Assembly: GCA_965153285.1 (NCBI GenBank)
Contig: OZ229116.1
DNA: 64,000 nucleotides
Strand: one strand, 5' to 3'
Origin: Podarcis tiliguerta
Lineage: Eukaryota
Within the stretch, counting starts at the first letter, position 1, and each line of letters starts with the position of its first letter. Shown here piece after piece: positions 63,528 through 64,000 of the stretch. The notes under the pieces are model-generated. The model did not search any database. It worked only from the letters and a program-made list of their open reading frames with translations, and was not told where the DNA came from. Position numbers and translations under genes: made by a program.

Positions 63528-63875
63528 ACTTCGTCTCCACCCCCATCATTCTGCCCGAATACTGAGGTCCAGCGCCAAGGGCCTTCTGGTGGTTCCCTCA
63601 TTGCAAGAAGTGAGGTTACAGGGAACCAGGCAGAGGGCCTTCTTGGTAGTGGCCCCTGCCCTGTGGAACGCCCTCCCATCAGATGTCAAGGCAATAAGCG
63701 ACTATCTTACTTTTAAAAGACATCTGAAGGCTGCCCTGTTTATGGAAGTTTTTAATGTTTGATGCTGTGTTTTTAATATTCAGTTGGAAGCCACCCAGAG
63801 TGGCTGGGGAAAGCCAGCAAGATGGGTGGGGTATAAATAATATATTAGTAGTAGTAGTAGTAGCAGCAGCAGTAT
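63528..63875 (+). mobile_element. L2 LINE 3' end with simple-repeat tail
   Basis: ORF 63523..63762 reads GTRQRAFLVVAPALWNALPSDV...FKRHLKAALF. 3' UTR gaagccacccagagtggctggg...ggtataaataat followed by (AGT)n(AGC)n. Confidence 0.8.
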
Positions 63876-64000
63876 TATATCTAGATTTTTTCGCTATACC
63901 TTTATTTGCCTGAAGGATAGTATTAGTTTAGACAATGAGATAACAATGCCATTAGTCTATAATAGTATTTATGCTCCATATTCCCATATCTAGTACCAAA

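Overview
Vertebrate genomic DNA covering part of the variable-exon array of a clustered protocadherin-gamma (Pcdhg) locus, all on the minus strand. The repeat complement (CR1, L2, L1, hAT and Tc1/mariner MITEs, a tRNA-Lys/CR1-tail SINE) points to a squamate reptile, probably a lacertid lizard (inference). There are 10 complete ~2.4 kb variable exons (5 gamma-B-like, 5 gamma-A-like), one gamma-A-like exon cut by the window start, and one gamma-A 3' relic. Each complete exon encodes a signal peptide, 6 cadherin repeats, a TM segment and a variable cytoplasmic tail, and ends at a phase-0 GTGAG donor. All 11 start codons have a CSE/CTCF-type promoter element about 190-250 bp upstream. The constant exons are not in the window and would lie beyond position 1. 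The system itself (stochastic promoter choice for neuronal self-recognition) is well known, and I found no wholly new gene system. The locally unusual points are: (i) a young tandem gammaA+gammaB expansion with traceable breakpoints; (ii) an apparently chimeric gamma-A subfamily that lacks 7 cytoplasmic residues; (iii) no CGCT-box CpG in 9 of 11 CSEs; (iv) sharp gene-conversion tracts, with amino-acid differences concentrated in EC1-EC4. All identity estimates are by eye.
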